DNA of 55,778 bases, counting the filler, from Catajapyx aquilonaris (taxonomy: Eukaryota): the NCBI GenBank assembly GCA_000934665.2. It is 4 parts of 4 records of this genome, joined end to end, with 100 filler letters (N's around TTAATTAATTAA, not from the genome) between each part and the next. Parts side by side here need not be neighbours in the genome. Positions count along the whole stretch, not along the records: positions 28,190 to 41,931 come from JYFJ02008000.1; positions 42,032 to 55,778 come from JYFJ02008001.1; 2 more parts are not named here. One strand, given 5' to 3'. How positions within the stretch are numbered: position 1 is the first letter of the stretch; each line of letters opens with the position of its first letter. The notes beneath the pieces are model-generated. The model saw only the letters and a list, made by a program, of their open reading frames with translations. It searched no databases and had not been told where the DNA came from. The position numbers and the translations under genes are program-made. This document shows positions 36,416-49,600 of the stretch, piece by piece.

Positions 36416-38908
36416 TTTGTGGGAAGACGGATCCAAAGGAGCCAACAGAAAGTCGCATTAATTATCTTTTGTGGAAAGGCAGCTGAGGGATGCATATGGT
36501 TATTAATGCTGGGAATTAAGTATGATTTTTTAGTTCAACTTTTTTTTTTGCTTGAGCATCCTGTTCTGCAAGTTCTATTGAAGTAAGTTTTCTCATTCAT
36601 TTTTGTTTCTGAGGGTAATTTGCAGTAGATCAGAATGGAGTGCCCATCTCGATGGAAATTGTTTCACATCTCCCAGTGACAGGTTTATTTTTCTTTTCTC
36701 CTCTACTTTCCTTTCCGTTTCCCACCACTCCCTCCCACAATGATGTATGTTGTGGTTTCTCATTTTCTCAGAAATTGTTTCACTTAGCTTTAAACTTTTT
36801 GTCACGACCCCAGTAGTTTGCTAGTGCAGATCCTGTCTGGTCAATTTTTAAGTTTTTCGTGTGTATGAGTGACCTGAAACTGATTTAGTCATATTTGGTA
36901 TTCTAAATTCAAGACAAGTAAAAAAATTGTACCTTTTAATAAGTGTTTTTTGTAATAAATTGGATATAAATTACTTATTTCCCATGTGAAGACCTGAAAG
37001 GCAGGACAATCTGAGTTACATGTAGATTGAAATTGAGCTGGTTGAATAGGGTTGTACGTGATGTGTACATTCTTATAGTGATGTTAAGGCATAATTATTT
37101 AGTCCCAGAGAGAAGTGGCCTTTAAAAAAGTGCCTCACAAAAATTAAATCAATCTTCAAACTTCCAAACTTTGCTCTAAAATCAATCTAGTGTAATCTGA
37201 TCATTTTGCATTTTAGGTCCTCATTTCATTTTTTCATTCGATGTTTCAAGTTTTCAGGTGACAGGTCAAGAGAGAACCAGGTCGGAGGGAGAGAGAGATG
37301 AAGTGCAGCAGGATCTGTGACACACAAATGACCACCCGTTTACATCCACTTACCTCACTGTACTTGATCTCGTTTGTTACATGGTAACTCTCCTGCTCTC
37401 ATTTAATGTTTACTCTCTTGAATTACGCATTTTTCTTTGATCGACACATGAGAGTTGATTTGATTCATTGGGTTTAGACTTGAAATCATATCTAGCCATT
37501 AGGCAGTAAAGCCATAACTAGCAAGACTGGATGATGAGTTGAGTGAAGGGCCTTGCGGCTGGGTCACCTGTAGATCTGACAGTCAACGCTGTCCTCTGGC
37601 ACAACTGTCCCCATGACAGGGTTTGTTGTAATGCTCTGCCTTGCTTTGGGAAAACCTTTGTAAGTCTAACAATTTTCTATCCTAATGTTTTATAATTTTG
37701 TTTTTACGGAGTGGAATGTCTTATTTTCACCATAGCATAAATGTTTATGTAAGTGCATGTGTGACGGTTTTAACATTCAAAATTTATAAGTGTTACAACG
37801 TACCCAAGTCTTCCCTACATTTAGTGACCTGCCACCTGATTGACCTTCAGCAGTTCGCCGAAATGTGCCGTTTTTGACCATTTTCAGGGAGGGACAGTAG
37901 AAAGCTACCAAACCGAAAAGGGGGGAATTGCCCGAAAACTACTTTTTGAGATCAGACATGTACAGGTTAAGAATACGTTATCCAAAAATGTAGCTTGGGA
38001 CCGGTCATGTTTGAAATTTTGGAATATTGGGATATTTGGATAAGTGCTTATATAAAATGGGACAACTTTGGAACATGAAATCTATGTACTTATTTCTTAT
38101 TGAGGGCTATTATTTTCATTAGCCCTGAAGGTTGTCTTATAATAATTTTAAAAGATTTCTCATAATTATGTACTGATACAGGTAATTATGGTAGTTAAGA
38201 TCTCACATGAAATTATCCATTTTTGGCACTTCAAGTCAACACTGAAAAACTTCCGGATTTTGAAGGTTTTAGGATTTCGGGATTTTGGATAAAGGATTCT
38301 CAACCTGTGCCAACTCCATTCCTAGATTATAACAAAATTTTACTGCTAAGACAACTTTTAGCAATAACTGAAACAATTGTCACTAAAATCACCATTATTG
38401 GCGCCTCCCTACATCAGGCCCCATTTACATGTGTACGGTGAAACCAATTGTTAGGGGCAAATGTAACAATCGTGTTTCGCTCCCAAGCAATATTGATTTC
38501 ATTTCCCAGGGATGCTCGTCGCTGCACATCGCTGATCAAATCGCTCACATGTCAACGCTTCGGCCTCAGTCTAATATGACTAGTAATTGTACTGTCATTA
38601 TGAAAGGTGTGTGGCATGTACAGCATTTAATACCAACAAAGGGTAGAAGCAGGAGAAGTGGTATGGAGACAACGATGCATGTGGTATTTTTGAGCTGAAT
38701 CCGTGTTCATTACCCATTTGTCATGTGCGTATCACTATATCCAAAAAATGTCTTTATTATTGTGAACAGACTGGCAGCAGCAGCTGCCCTGCATTTCCTG
38801 GCAACTTGGCATGTATAATTAACAGCATGCAACAATACTTCCAAACAATGTAAAGGGATAATTCTTTTAGACCGCCCTACACACAGGCCTCTTGCCTGGA
38901 ATGGAAGA

Positions 38909-40604
38909 ATGGCTGAAGACTCGAATGATAAGAAGGCAACAAGACGGTCCATTCACACACGGGTCAACAGATCGGAGCTGACTCAACATCATCAGCATGA
39001 AGATTCCAGAGGATTAGGTACTTGCACTCTTTTTCTTCTTTTTCGATCACCTAGTCCAGTGTTACTGAAGGATATTGGCTAATTTGCATATAAGATCCTT
39101 TAAATAAGTTGACAGTAGCATATACAGGGTCATCAAAAAAGAATGTCCCAATTAAAAAACCATACAACTCGAAAACTTGTGGACATATCTTAATGATTTA
39201 AATTTTGAAAGGTCTAAAGTTTTTGTCTCACATTAGTTTGTTTCGATATGAGCTTCATTTGTTTCTCAGCGAATAAAAAAGACGGAATCTGGTCTCGAGC
39301 CTAATCCTCTGAAGTACCGTTGCCATCCTATCCCGTAGGTGCTGGTGATGATGGGTCTTTACACGATTACACCACACACGTTGTTCTTGATGATTCACAT
39401 AAAAAGTCGCCTCATCCATGAAACAAACTTGTTGTAGGAAAGTTTCATTTGTTCAGGCCTCCAGTACGCAAAGTCTTGAATGAGAAGTTTCACAATGCCT
39501 AGCCCCCCTAAAAGCACAGATTGTACCCAGATGGACTTTTTTGTTGAGATACATGTATGGTGAAAATAACCGGCGTCTCTAGCACCTATGGGATAGGATC
39601 ACAATTGTGACTTCAGACATGTCTGATTGGGTTAGGCACGACACCGATTACTGTATTTACATTTTTTTGATGGACAAATGGAGTTCATATCGAAACAAAC
39701 TTAGGCGAGACCAAAACTTCAGACATTTCTTAGTATTTCAAAGCTTAAATCATTGAGATATCTACAAGTTTTTGAGTTACAGGGTTTTAAAATTGCGACC
39801 TTCTTTTTTAATGACCCTGTGTTATGTGCATAATATGCGACACTGCAAAAAAAATGTAAAAGTAAAAATGACATCTATAATAACCCCTGGTGATTGTTGT
39901 AATAACTAAAGCAAAAATGCTCAGCTGAGCAAAGAAAGTGCGAAAAATAATGACAATATTACGATTATTATTGAAAGTGAAGCTTCTTAGATGAGGTAAC
40001 TATGCCTGTTTGTGGCTAACTTTTATTTGCATTTTACACGCTGATTGGAATTATGATTTTGCAGATCTCCAGGAGGCAAATCATAAATCCAAGTCAATAA
40101 ACCAAAGAGATGTTTCTTTAAAGATGGCCAGGGTTGCCTCCTTGGGTGCCTTGTCCCTGCAAAAGGAAGTCTCAAGGCGTCCATCCTCGCAGCCTTCTAC
40201 AAACGTCAGGCAGGAGGAAGCAAAGCCTGGGGAAAAGTGGCAGTACCCAGCACTGGGCAACCAATATTGTGATGTGGACCAAGCAGCTGCAGGCGATGAC
40301 ATTGCCACACACAAGTTCTTTGCCAAGTGGGAAAAGACCAGACTATTTTTTGGTAAGGTGCTTTTCACACATCTTAATTTTTCATGGTGCTGTTCAGCAT
40401 TTTTCATTAAGCATGTAGTATAGATGAGAATTTTATTGGTCCTTGTGGTGAAAATATTTCTCTATTTCAGACAAGCCCAATATTCATGAATGCATGCAAG
40501 GCTTTGTCAACTATGCCGAAGTGAATCTTTTCAAGTTGTTCAGCCCACTGAACCTTGGAGGCTACAACCCTGTTAGCAGTGCAGAACGTTCTCTGTGTAA
40601 GTAG
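38909..40604 (+). CDS. Hypothetical spliced protein (~176 aa); join(38909-39017, 40065-40352, 40471-40604)
   Basis: Three open exons joined by GT-AG introns, both in phase 1 (G|AT, G|AC), with pyrimidine-rich acceptors. No recognisable domain. Confidence 0.6.
39125..39819. mobile_element. Tc1/mariner-derived non-autonomous element
   Basis: TA|cagggtcatcaaaaaagaa ... ttcttttttaatgaccctg, long imperfect TIRs; minus-strand remnant FMDEATFYVN near 39400-39425. Confidence 0.7.
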
Positions 40605-40906
40605 AAGGAACATGAAGCCTACATGCATGCTTTCAGCTTAACATTGTTTCAAGATTCGCAAATGAGAGCTGCACTTTATAAGGGAAAATTGTGTGGCTTC
40701 TTCAGATATAATTTTATATAATTAATTTGGGTAGTGGTGACCTCTTATGAGGCATTGCATAGACCTTTACTTTGGTAGTACACATGCATTCAGAACATCA
40801 CAAGTTGTTTTTCATCATAATGATAATGCCCTGGTTCATTAGTGTAGCCTGCAGGGGAATGGGAAGATTCCCAAGCTCCTGCATAATTTTTGAGTCATTT
40901 CGGACC

Positions 40907-41087
40907 CTATGAAAATCCAGTCCTTTTTGACTTGGCCCTGGGCAGAGAAGAGAGGGTAAGTCTGCCCAGACACGTTGGGTGAAGAGTGGAAAAAGACTCC
41001 ACCAAGCAAAGGTGAAGGGGACGGGAATTGTACCCCGGACCTTCTGCTTGGCTGGCCAGTAGCGCAGCCACTAGATCACCATGCCCC
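40907..41087 (-). mobile_element. Degenerate tRNA-derived SINE
   Basis: Minus strand ggggcatggtgatctagtgg...ggtacaattcccg (A- and B-box-like). Confidence 0.45.
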
Positions 41088-41931
41088 GACTTCTTTAGAT
41101 GGTTGAATGACGAAATAAATTTTTTATTCAACAGCACACGTGGCTGTGTACAAGTACAATTTTGTAGTGGAACAAATTAGTGCAATAATTGTTATTCACA
41201 AACTGACATGTTACGTGCAGATGTAGAGTAGATTGAAACAGAGACAACAACAAATTTTTACAAATGCCCAGTTAAAGAAGAGGGCAGGTGAAGAAGCTAG
41301 ACAGAGTTTTCTCCGGAAACTAGTCTTGTACCACTCTTGACCTGGTGATTTGTGCAGATCAACACTGCGTAGGATGTATAGGATGTCGCAGAATTTGGAC
41401 CGTATCGTTGCTGGTAAAAAATATATCAGGCAATCAATTCAACTCTCTTGCTTGTTTGCAAAACCACCTAAGTCAATAGGGATACCTATTTACTTAGCTG
41501 TTTTTGCAAACAAGCTACTCCGATTCTGATACATACAGTACATGCTTATGACTTGGTTGTTTATCAGGCATGTTGCTTCCATGATTTCGTGTCCTGATCT
41601 AAAAAATTNTAGCAGCTCAAAAAAAAAAAAAAAATTATGGAAACACACAAAATGACATGATCCGAGCATCAAGATGTCCTCCAGTGCTATTTCATTTTGG
41701 GGATGTTTCTGTTTTGTGATTATATGGCAACAAGCTTGGGGGAAATGAGATAAAAAGTACTGCCAGTCCCAGACTTACATAAATGGATCACGCTACAATA
41801 TACAGGGTGGAACGGGTGCGCTCAGACGCGTCAGGCGAGAGCGCTAGTCGAGCGGACTGTTTTGTTGATAGATGACGCTCGGATAGTAACCAACGATGAG
41901 ATGTGCCATAACGTGGCAACAGCAGAGCCAT

Positions 41932-42031
41932 NNNNNNNNNNNNNNNNNNNNNNNNNNNNNNNNNNNNNNNNNNNNTTAATTAATTAANNNNNNNNNNNNN
42001 NNNNNNNNNNNNNNNNNNNNNNNNNNNNNNN
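41932..42031. other. Artificial contig-join spacer
   Basis: 44 N + TTAATTAATTAA + 44 N. Confidence 0.97.
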
Positions 42032-42204
42032 GATCCGTCGCTGGGTCGTCCGCATCACTCCCTCGATTTGTAAACAGTGGCAACAATGGAAGCGCTCTCC
42101 ATGGGCTGATGTTTGAATTGGCCCGCCGGACAGGGTTGCCAGGTAACGCCGCCGCCGCAGCCGCCGGAAAAAAATTCAGCGATGGCTAATATGTCCAGCA
42201 CTGT
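42032..42204. mobile_element. Partial copy of the CAGTGCTGGACAT-ended MITE family at the contig start (another fragment at 28190-28214)
   Basis: Near-identical to 48920-49081 and 45580-45753. Confidence 0.85.
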
Positions 42205-44898
42205 ACAAGGACTACCTGTCTGCAGGGTATTCAAAGTATCAGGGTTAATTTTAGTATTCAGTAATATTTGCCAAAGTAGTAATTTTTGTGCTATTTTTTG
42301 CATCCCAATCCAGGTGCTCAATTACACTATTCCCAGGTCTTTAAAAATAACAGTTGGTAAAAATAGGTCACCTAGACTGAGGCGCAATAAGCTATAAAAA
42401 ACATATAGCTATGAGCAAAATTTCCCAGAACTAGACCTGCTTAAGGCCCGCTTACACGATGACTTTCCTAACGTTTGTACTTTACACAACTTTCCTAACG
42501 CAAGTCCCAACCCTTCACACGGCCACTTTGCTAACGTTCGTACTTATGGAAGTGGACCGGTAGTAGCCAAGCTGCTGGGCCGTTAGCAGTGTTTAGTAGC
42601 AAAGCGACTTTCTTCCGGCCTAGCTGAATATGCACCGGATTTTACACCTCCTGCCCCTTCACTGTCGTCGTCGTTGTCGTGCTAGGCAACACGGAGGTGG
42701 AGGGTGCACGACGGTGCACGATATATCTGCAAATGGACAGGAGTTTGGCAAACTCCGCAAGTGCACAGGTGCGACCATGCTGCCAGCTAGCGGGGGTTAC
42801 ATGCTTACTTTACGCAGATATGGGATGCAGGGGATCCGAAAGTCCAAACGTAGGAAAGTAGGGCCGTTAGCCAAGTAGGAGCAGGGAGCGCTCCGATTGG
42901 CTCTAATCCGGACTCTAATAATGAGCCAGCCAGCCAGGATTTTCTGTCTTCACTAGCAAGTAACCCAGTGAAAGGTCTAATCTTTGCCTTCAATTATTTC
43001 TAAACTGTTTTTTAGGACTTCCATGCGTTTCACTTGAATGTCGCATGAGTCCAAAATCGGTTTATGTCTAATTAAATCCATATTTATCACAAATTCGATT
43101 TTGTTCATTACTTTCTGAAAAATCCACTATTCAGGTGGTGTATCGAAATTAAAGAGTGGAATTAAAAGCAATCAATCCAGATTTATGTGAAAAACTGTCA
43201 CGATTGCAGCCAATGTGTACAATACACCAAAATCATGACATTGTTTCCATTCTGCTGCACTTGTGAAAAACTACAGCACACACTTTGAACAGTATTTGAA
43301 GGTCCCAGGTTGTCATACATTGCTCAATTTGCCACATCGTTTCAAATGGTTAGTAGTAATTGCAAGGGGGCAGCATTGCCCACACTGTACCCGAGGCTTA
43401 CTTTGTGTAGGTTACACCAATGCACACCAACTGTGTGCGTCAATCAAGGTGCCAGACATAAAATATGTTTGGGCCAAATAAGTACCTGATTTGAGCACGA
43501 ATCAGTGGCAGAGATTCATCCCATCTCATGGAAATCTTGACCAAATGCGCCTGGATCCTCGATGATAAACTGAAGAATGAAGGGTGACTCGACAGCTGAC
43601 CTAGATGAAACTCCATGCCAGGTTGACTTCAGGGTGTTGGTTGAAGCCAAGGTGGACGGTGTTTTAAAAATCTGTAAACATGGGGCAGAGTTAGATGCCA
43701 TGGTAAAATAACACATGCATAAACTTTAGTCGTAAAATTAAAGCGCAAGTGTCAGCACATTCTGAAATGTAAATTTAATTTGATTGTAAGGACAGACAAT
43801 GCCAATGGAATAATTAATGCAAGCATTCGTAATCCAACACCATTTGTACTTATCACGTAATCCTTTCCATCTTTAAAAAAAAAAGGAGAGCAAAAAAAAT
43901 GTCCAATTGTAAAGCGTCAAGTGAAAAGTTTAGCACTGAAAACCTCTCTTTTAATACCGTGGGTCAAACACGCGACACGCCATTCAGATCCCAAGAAAGA
44001 CTTCAGCCTAGCCTAATCCATAGCACCCTCAAAATAAATCATCAAATCACAACTATTGATAAGCTGATGATCACAAACATTTAGGGGTAAAATAAGGCCT
44101 GCCTGGTTACTCCCCCAGTTCTACAGGGTGGCCAAAAAGTCAGGACCAACGTTGAAAACCTTTGTACCTAGCCTTTTGGGTCACCCTGAAGATGTAAACT
44201 GCATCCCAGTTTCCCAAGAACAAAAGGCTTCACTGGTCCAAATCAATGTGCAGGTGAGCACAAAACTACACAGCCAGACCAGCTTGCCCCCTTGACCTAC
44301 CCAGCACAGCACAGCCCTGGTCCAAGTCCTCCAAGTCTCCAACCAAGCCACTGAAGCCAAGCCACTTTTCCCCCTCCTTGACAAAGCCCAACCACCCACC
44401 AACCCCACTCAAAACCTGTCAGGACAGGGACTTTCTCTTCTTCCCCTCCTACCCTAGCCCCACACCCCTGCATTCCAGAGGACCCAAACTAGCCTCCTCC
44501 TGGGGGGTTGACCAAAGGCAACCAAGGGAGGGGGAGACAATGGCTCAGAAAACAACAAGAGGGGAGCCCCTGACCTTCACTCTGGATTTAGCAACAATGG
44601 AGGCCAAAAAATCAAGCTGGCTCCACTGTTGGATAATGTCACCCAACACTTCCAGACAGTAACCATCCCCCTTTAAAAAACCAGCATTTCTTAAGCTGCA
44701 TTGCATATTATTTCCTTGTACACAATAGTTAAAAATATTCCAAATATTTCGCATTCCGATCCTGATTATCCCTGTGCTACTTTAATCAATGCCACTTTTC
44801 ATCATTTGACCTTATAAAAATCAACTTCATATGTTTCACCAGAAAATGGTAATTTCTTCGTCTGGCCAACCACCAAGTTTAGGTGTTCAGAGGATGTA

Positions 44899-45753
44899 CA
44901 GTGCTGGACATGTTAGCCGTCGCTGAATGCTTTTTTTTGTTTGAATGGAGACCATGCCAGAGACCCCGTCAGTCTCGTAATTTGTCCCCAAAGAGGCAAA
45001 GACGTCATATCTCAAAATGGCTTCCGCTGTTCCACATATACGAGTAAGTGACGTCAAGAGCTATAGTGACGTTCACGTCATATTCGCACCAGAAAGAGAT
45101 ACATGACTAACATGACACGTACAGGGGTTGGACACAATAATATGAACACCTGCAACAAGCGATTAGTCGTGTATGTCTTCCTGGCGCGAATATGACGCGA
45201 ACTACACGTAGCGGGTTACTCTTATATGCGGAAAAGCGGAAGCCATTTTGAGATATGACGTCTTTGGGGACAAATTACGAGACTGACGTGGTCTCTGACA
45301 TACGGGGCATGGTCTCCATTCGTTTTAGAGGTGTCGAAGTACGCGGAAAAGAAACAAAAACCGAAAGAATCCGTCAGTTGACGCACTTTGAATTAGCACA
45401 CCCCTGACCTTAATCATTGACACCCCCTCCTCAGGGGTGGAATATATTTCGTGTGCTGTGGACAAAAACTTTTCTTTGTGTCCAGGGATAATTTTCCCAA
45501 CATGGTTGGCTTCTAACATCATTATTCTCCCATTTTCTCCTGCGCATCCCTGCAGATACTGTGTAAGGAGACAGAAGAGACCCGTCGCTAGGTCGTCCGC
45601 GTCACTCACTCGATTTGTAAACAGTGGAAACAATATGGAAGCACTCTCCATCTGCTGATGTTTGAATTGGCCCGCCGGACAGGGTTACCAGGTTACGCAG
45701 CGCTCTCGCCGACGGAAAAAAACATTCAGCGACGGCTAATGTGTCCAGCACTG
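44899..45753. mobile_element. TA-flanked MITE (TIR cagtgctggaca) interrupted by a foldback element at 44943-45321
   Basis: TA|cagtgctggacatg...tgtccagcactg|TA; the inner element has ~100-bp arms starting gaatggagaccatgcc. Confidence 0.75.
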
Positions 45754-45755
45754 TA

Positions 45756-45907
45756 CAATGTTGGTCATATATCGAGGCAACCACAGCGACATTTTCCGAA
45801 GCGGCAGAAGAAGGAATCTTGCTCGCCAGGCTCCTTATCTTCAATTCCTTCTTCTGCCGCTTCGGAAAATGTCGCTGGCGGTTGCCTCGATATATGACCA
45901 ACACTGT
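45756..45907. mobile_element. TA-flanked palindromic MITE abutting the previous element
   Basis: Arms caatgttggtcatatatcgaggcaacc...gaaggaat mirrored; shares the TA with its neighbour. Confidence 0.8.
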
Positions 45908-46612
45908 ACACGTCATTTCCAAGGTTGACGAGATTCGGGTTAGTTCCCAATTACCTGAGAAAAATTACTCTTCAGGTAAGCTATCACACTAAATTAATGC
46001 TTACTACCCATTAAGTACCAAAATAAACGCATTAAAAAAATTTACTCTCACCAGTACATAGTGTAAAGAAATGCTTGGACAGTTTTTAAATAGAAAACAG
46101 CTCAAGCTCATGCCCTGGGGCAGAAATCCTAGGGATCAAAATTTTACGTAACATTTCAGTGAAATAAAGTCCTTGCACAAGCCAACGTGGTGATTACCAC
46201 TCAATATTTTGTTCTCTAAAAATGCAGTACCTGTTGGTCAATACATTTAAAATTAAAGCAAGCCCAATTAGCACAAAACAGCTAGTTGAAATAGGGACTG
46301 CATAATTCAAAATTTATTCAAAATGGGCCACATAATTTTTTTTCCACACTCATATGAAAATATTTATGGGATTCTTACCTCATTAGTGTGGACAAGCTCC
46401 CACATAATCTCGACCTACAGGTTTAGCAAACATGGTCTTTTTACATTGAATGGCAGCAGCGTAAGAGGAGGGGAAGAGCAGATGTCTTTGCCAGAGGTTT
46501 GCGAGCAGGAAAAGTGTCTGGTCCTATGCAGTCATCAGCCAGGGATAGCTCTGCAATGAAAAAGAAATGGTCTGTGAACATTTTGATCAGTAAGATTGTG
46601 CAACACTAATAG

Positions 46613-49600
46613 CTAAGACTTACATTGTGAAGTCGGCTGTTTTGGATGATTCTTCTCCTCTTTGTAACATGTGCTGCACATGACAATCTGACAAAACGAG
46701 CACATCCTTCGGGACTTGCTCTTCCAGCACACGAGGCACTTTACTCGTAGACGTGTTTCTGCATAAAAATGTCCTGCAAGTGGAACCTCTGGCCGATAGT
46801 CGACCCTGTATCGCTTCAATGCTGACGCTCCTGATGTGGGTGACTCTCCTGATGTGGGTGCCTCTCCTGACGTGGGTGGGTTTCGACGCTTCTGGGGGGA
46901 AGACGGTGGCTTGATTCTACACCATTCTTCGACCAAGGCATAAGCCAGAGTCCTCCTCACTTCCTTGGATGATATTTTAGGCTTTTTTTTCCTCATGATG
47001 ACCCACAAGTTGTGTATCACCATGTCTATTACCCGCCAGAAGATGGTTTTCCACCATTTAACAGTCTTGCGCTCCAGTGGGTAATAACTCAGCATTTGGT
47101 CAGCCAGGTCAACCCCACCCATGAACTTGTTGTAATTGATCACAGCCACAGGTTTCATGACAGGAACGTTCTTTCGTCGGGCACCACGTTGGGCAGCCTG
47201 CCCTGCTACTGGTACTTCAGGCGATGTGACTGGAGCCTCACCCAATGGTACTGTAGGACCTGCCAGTGACGCTGATGCAAGAGCAGCTTTCCTTGCAGCA
47301 ACCTTTTCTTCACGGCGGACTACTCTCTGCATCCCTGCCCCATGCACAGTGGTCAGGAAATGCACTTCTTTTTTGTCACCCCATTTCCCAAGGAGCATGT
47401 TCCCACTCTGCCTGAAAATGACCTGCCCTTTTCCGACTGATGGAAGGGCGGGTAATCCCAGAGCATCTGACCGGACTGTCCCACAAGCCAGTGTATCAGC
47501 ATTGAGCAGGTCCTGCACAAGCCTGCAAAAGAAAATTTGGTTTATTGTTGGCAACAATACAAGAAAATTCATACAGTTGACTCCGGATGTAACAGCATCG
47601 GTTATAACAGACTTGAAAGGCCTATCCCGGCAAACTTCCATAAGGCCCAGCGTAATTTTCCTCTGGATATAGGAGTCTCATTTTCACATTGAAAACGCTC
47701 AAATTTATTTGCTTCTCATGAAGTACCAGAAAGCCGCAAATAAGTATTAATTTATTTCTCGCATAGAATGACGATCTAAGCAATTCGTCTGCGATGGTTC
47801 TCAAGGTTATTCCACATATTTTCACGCATTTCATTATTAAGTCAGCCTAACAGTTGGCCGGCAGTACTCTTCGAGTTTTTATGGCCTTGTTTTTGAAAAT
47901 TAATTTAGGAACTTCCAGACGAGTTAAATTGTTTCAGACTCATTCATAGTGTTTTCCCTGATTGGGTAAGTATAGCTGTTATTATTTGTAAACTATGTTA
48001 CGCGTATCTTCGTAGTATGCGTAAGCCAAAGTCAGCATGGTTCGGGCCTATCTGGTAGCAAAGGAGCTAATTAACAATTGAAATAAATGCGATAACACCT
48101 TGGACAGTGACGTTCTGTGGGGTCTGGTAAAAACTGCTGCCACTATGTTAATTTGTCACTTAGCAGGACGTCAATTTTAATAATGAACCGTAGGGACCAC
48201 AACAACTCAAAGACACCATTGCAATTAATTACAAAAAATCTCTCACTAATAAAAAAATGTTTATTGCTAGTGGACTTTTTCAGAAATTGCTACACTTTGT
48301 GACCACATTTAATGATGTTATTTATTAATAAATTAGGGGGGAGGCACGGTGGCCGAGATGGTAACGTCTCGGCTTGCTATGCGAAAGGTCCCGGGTTCAA
48401 ATCCCCACCCGGGAGCAAACCTTTCGCTTGCGTCATTGGGTCGTGACCCATGCCTAAGGAGGCGTCTTGGCAACCTGACCTCCTGGGGGACTGCACCTGG
48501 CCCACCGTTGGACAATGCACCTGCACATGTGTCCCCTCCCCAAATCCCCTACCCTTACCCCATTTCCTAGTAATCCTTGCACTGGAGTTCGAAGATAAAA
48601 ACCATTAGAAAAAAAACTGTACGGTGGTCTGCCACCCCCCTATAATGACCAAGTGTTGTATCACGGGGTAAATAAAATAAAAAAAATTTAAAATTAATTA
48701 ATAAATTAGAATGTGATGGTATTTTCTATTAAGACATCAGTCCCATGAACAGTGCTGGTCATATTAGCCTTTGCTGAATGTTTTTTTCCGGCGGCTGCAG
48801 CGGCGGCATTACCTGGCAACCCTGTCTGGCGGGCCAATTCAAACATCAGCAGATGGAGAGCGCTTCCATTGTTGCCACTGTTTACAAATCGAGCGAGTGA
48901 GTGCGCAGGCAGAAGAGACCCGTCGCTGGGTCGTCCGCGTCACTCACTCGATTTGTAAACAGTGGCAACAATGGAAGCACTCTCCATGGGCTGATGTTTG
49001 AATTGGCCCGCCGGACAGGGTTTCCAGGTAACGCCGCCGCCGAAAAAAAACATTCAGCGACAGCTGATATGTCCAGCACTGTACTACAGTGCGATAAAAA
49101 AGATAAATTCAATTAATGCAAAATTCAAATAATGTAAAATGCTTTAAAAATTCCTTCAATCAAAAACGCACATAAAATTTCATATCTGCAAGGTACGAGG
49201 CCCCTGAGGTTCATTAGTAAAATTGACGTCCTGCTAAGTAACAACTTAATGTGGTGGCAGCAATTTTTACCAGACCCCACAGAACTTCACTGTCCCAGGT
49301 AAATTCGTATTTACCGTATATCAGTAATTAACAAATTAAATTCAAGTTCGGTATCCTTCTAACTCTATTGTTAATATTCATAATTATCTATTCTGAAGTC
49401 CAGATAGTCTTAATGAAGATTTTTTATCACCACTCCATTTCTTGAGCAATGACCATAGAATTTTGGGTTTGTGCACGTAGAACCAAGGTTTCCTATACAA
49501 GCATATCATGGGCATTTACGGAAAAAAATACACATTCAAAAAACCTGTTTCGAGATAATCCAAAGGAAAGATTTGACCTTGCATTTATTACATGCTAGTG

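Larger units (their letters stand above)
48098..49300. mobile_element. MITE with ~100-bp TIRs hosting a SINE and a second MITE (in the piggyBac-gene intron)
   Basis: 48098-48198 mirrors 49199-49300 (gttctgtggggtctggtaaaaa...cttagcaggacgtcaatttta). Confidence 0.75.

Noticed and set aside
43200..46560. Exon-like minus-strand segments downstream of the piggyBac stop (for example 46379-46550 and 43486-43671)
   Set aside because: Splice-like boundaries exist but all frames contain stops. They may be UTR exons or a decayed gene, and I cannot support a call.
47136..47672. 178-aa plus-strand ORF
   Set aside because: It is the antisense shadow of the piggyBac coding exon.
48337..48420. tRNA gene
   Set aside because: It has A and B boxes but continues into a 280-bp body with A-rich tail and TSD, so it is a SINE head.
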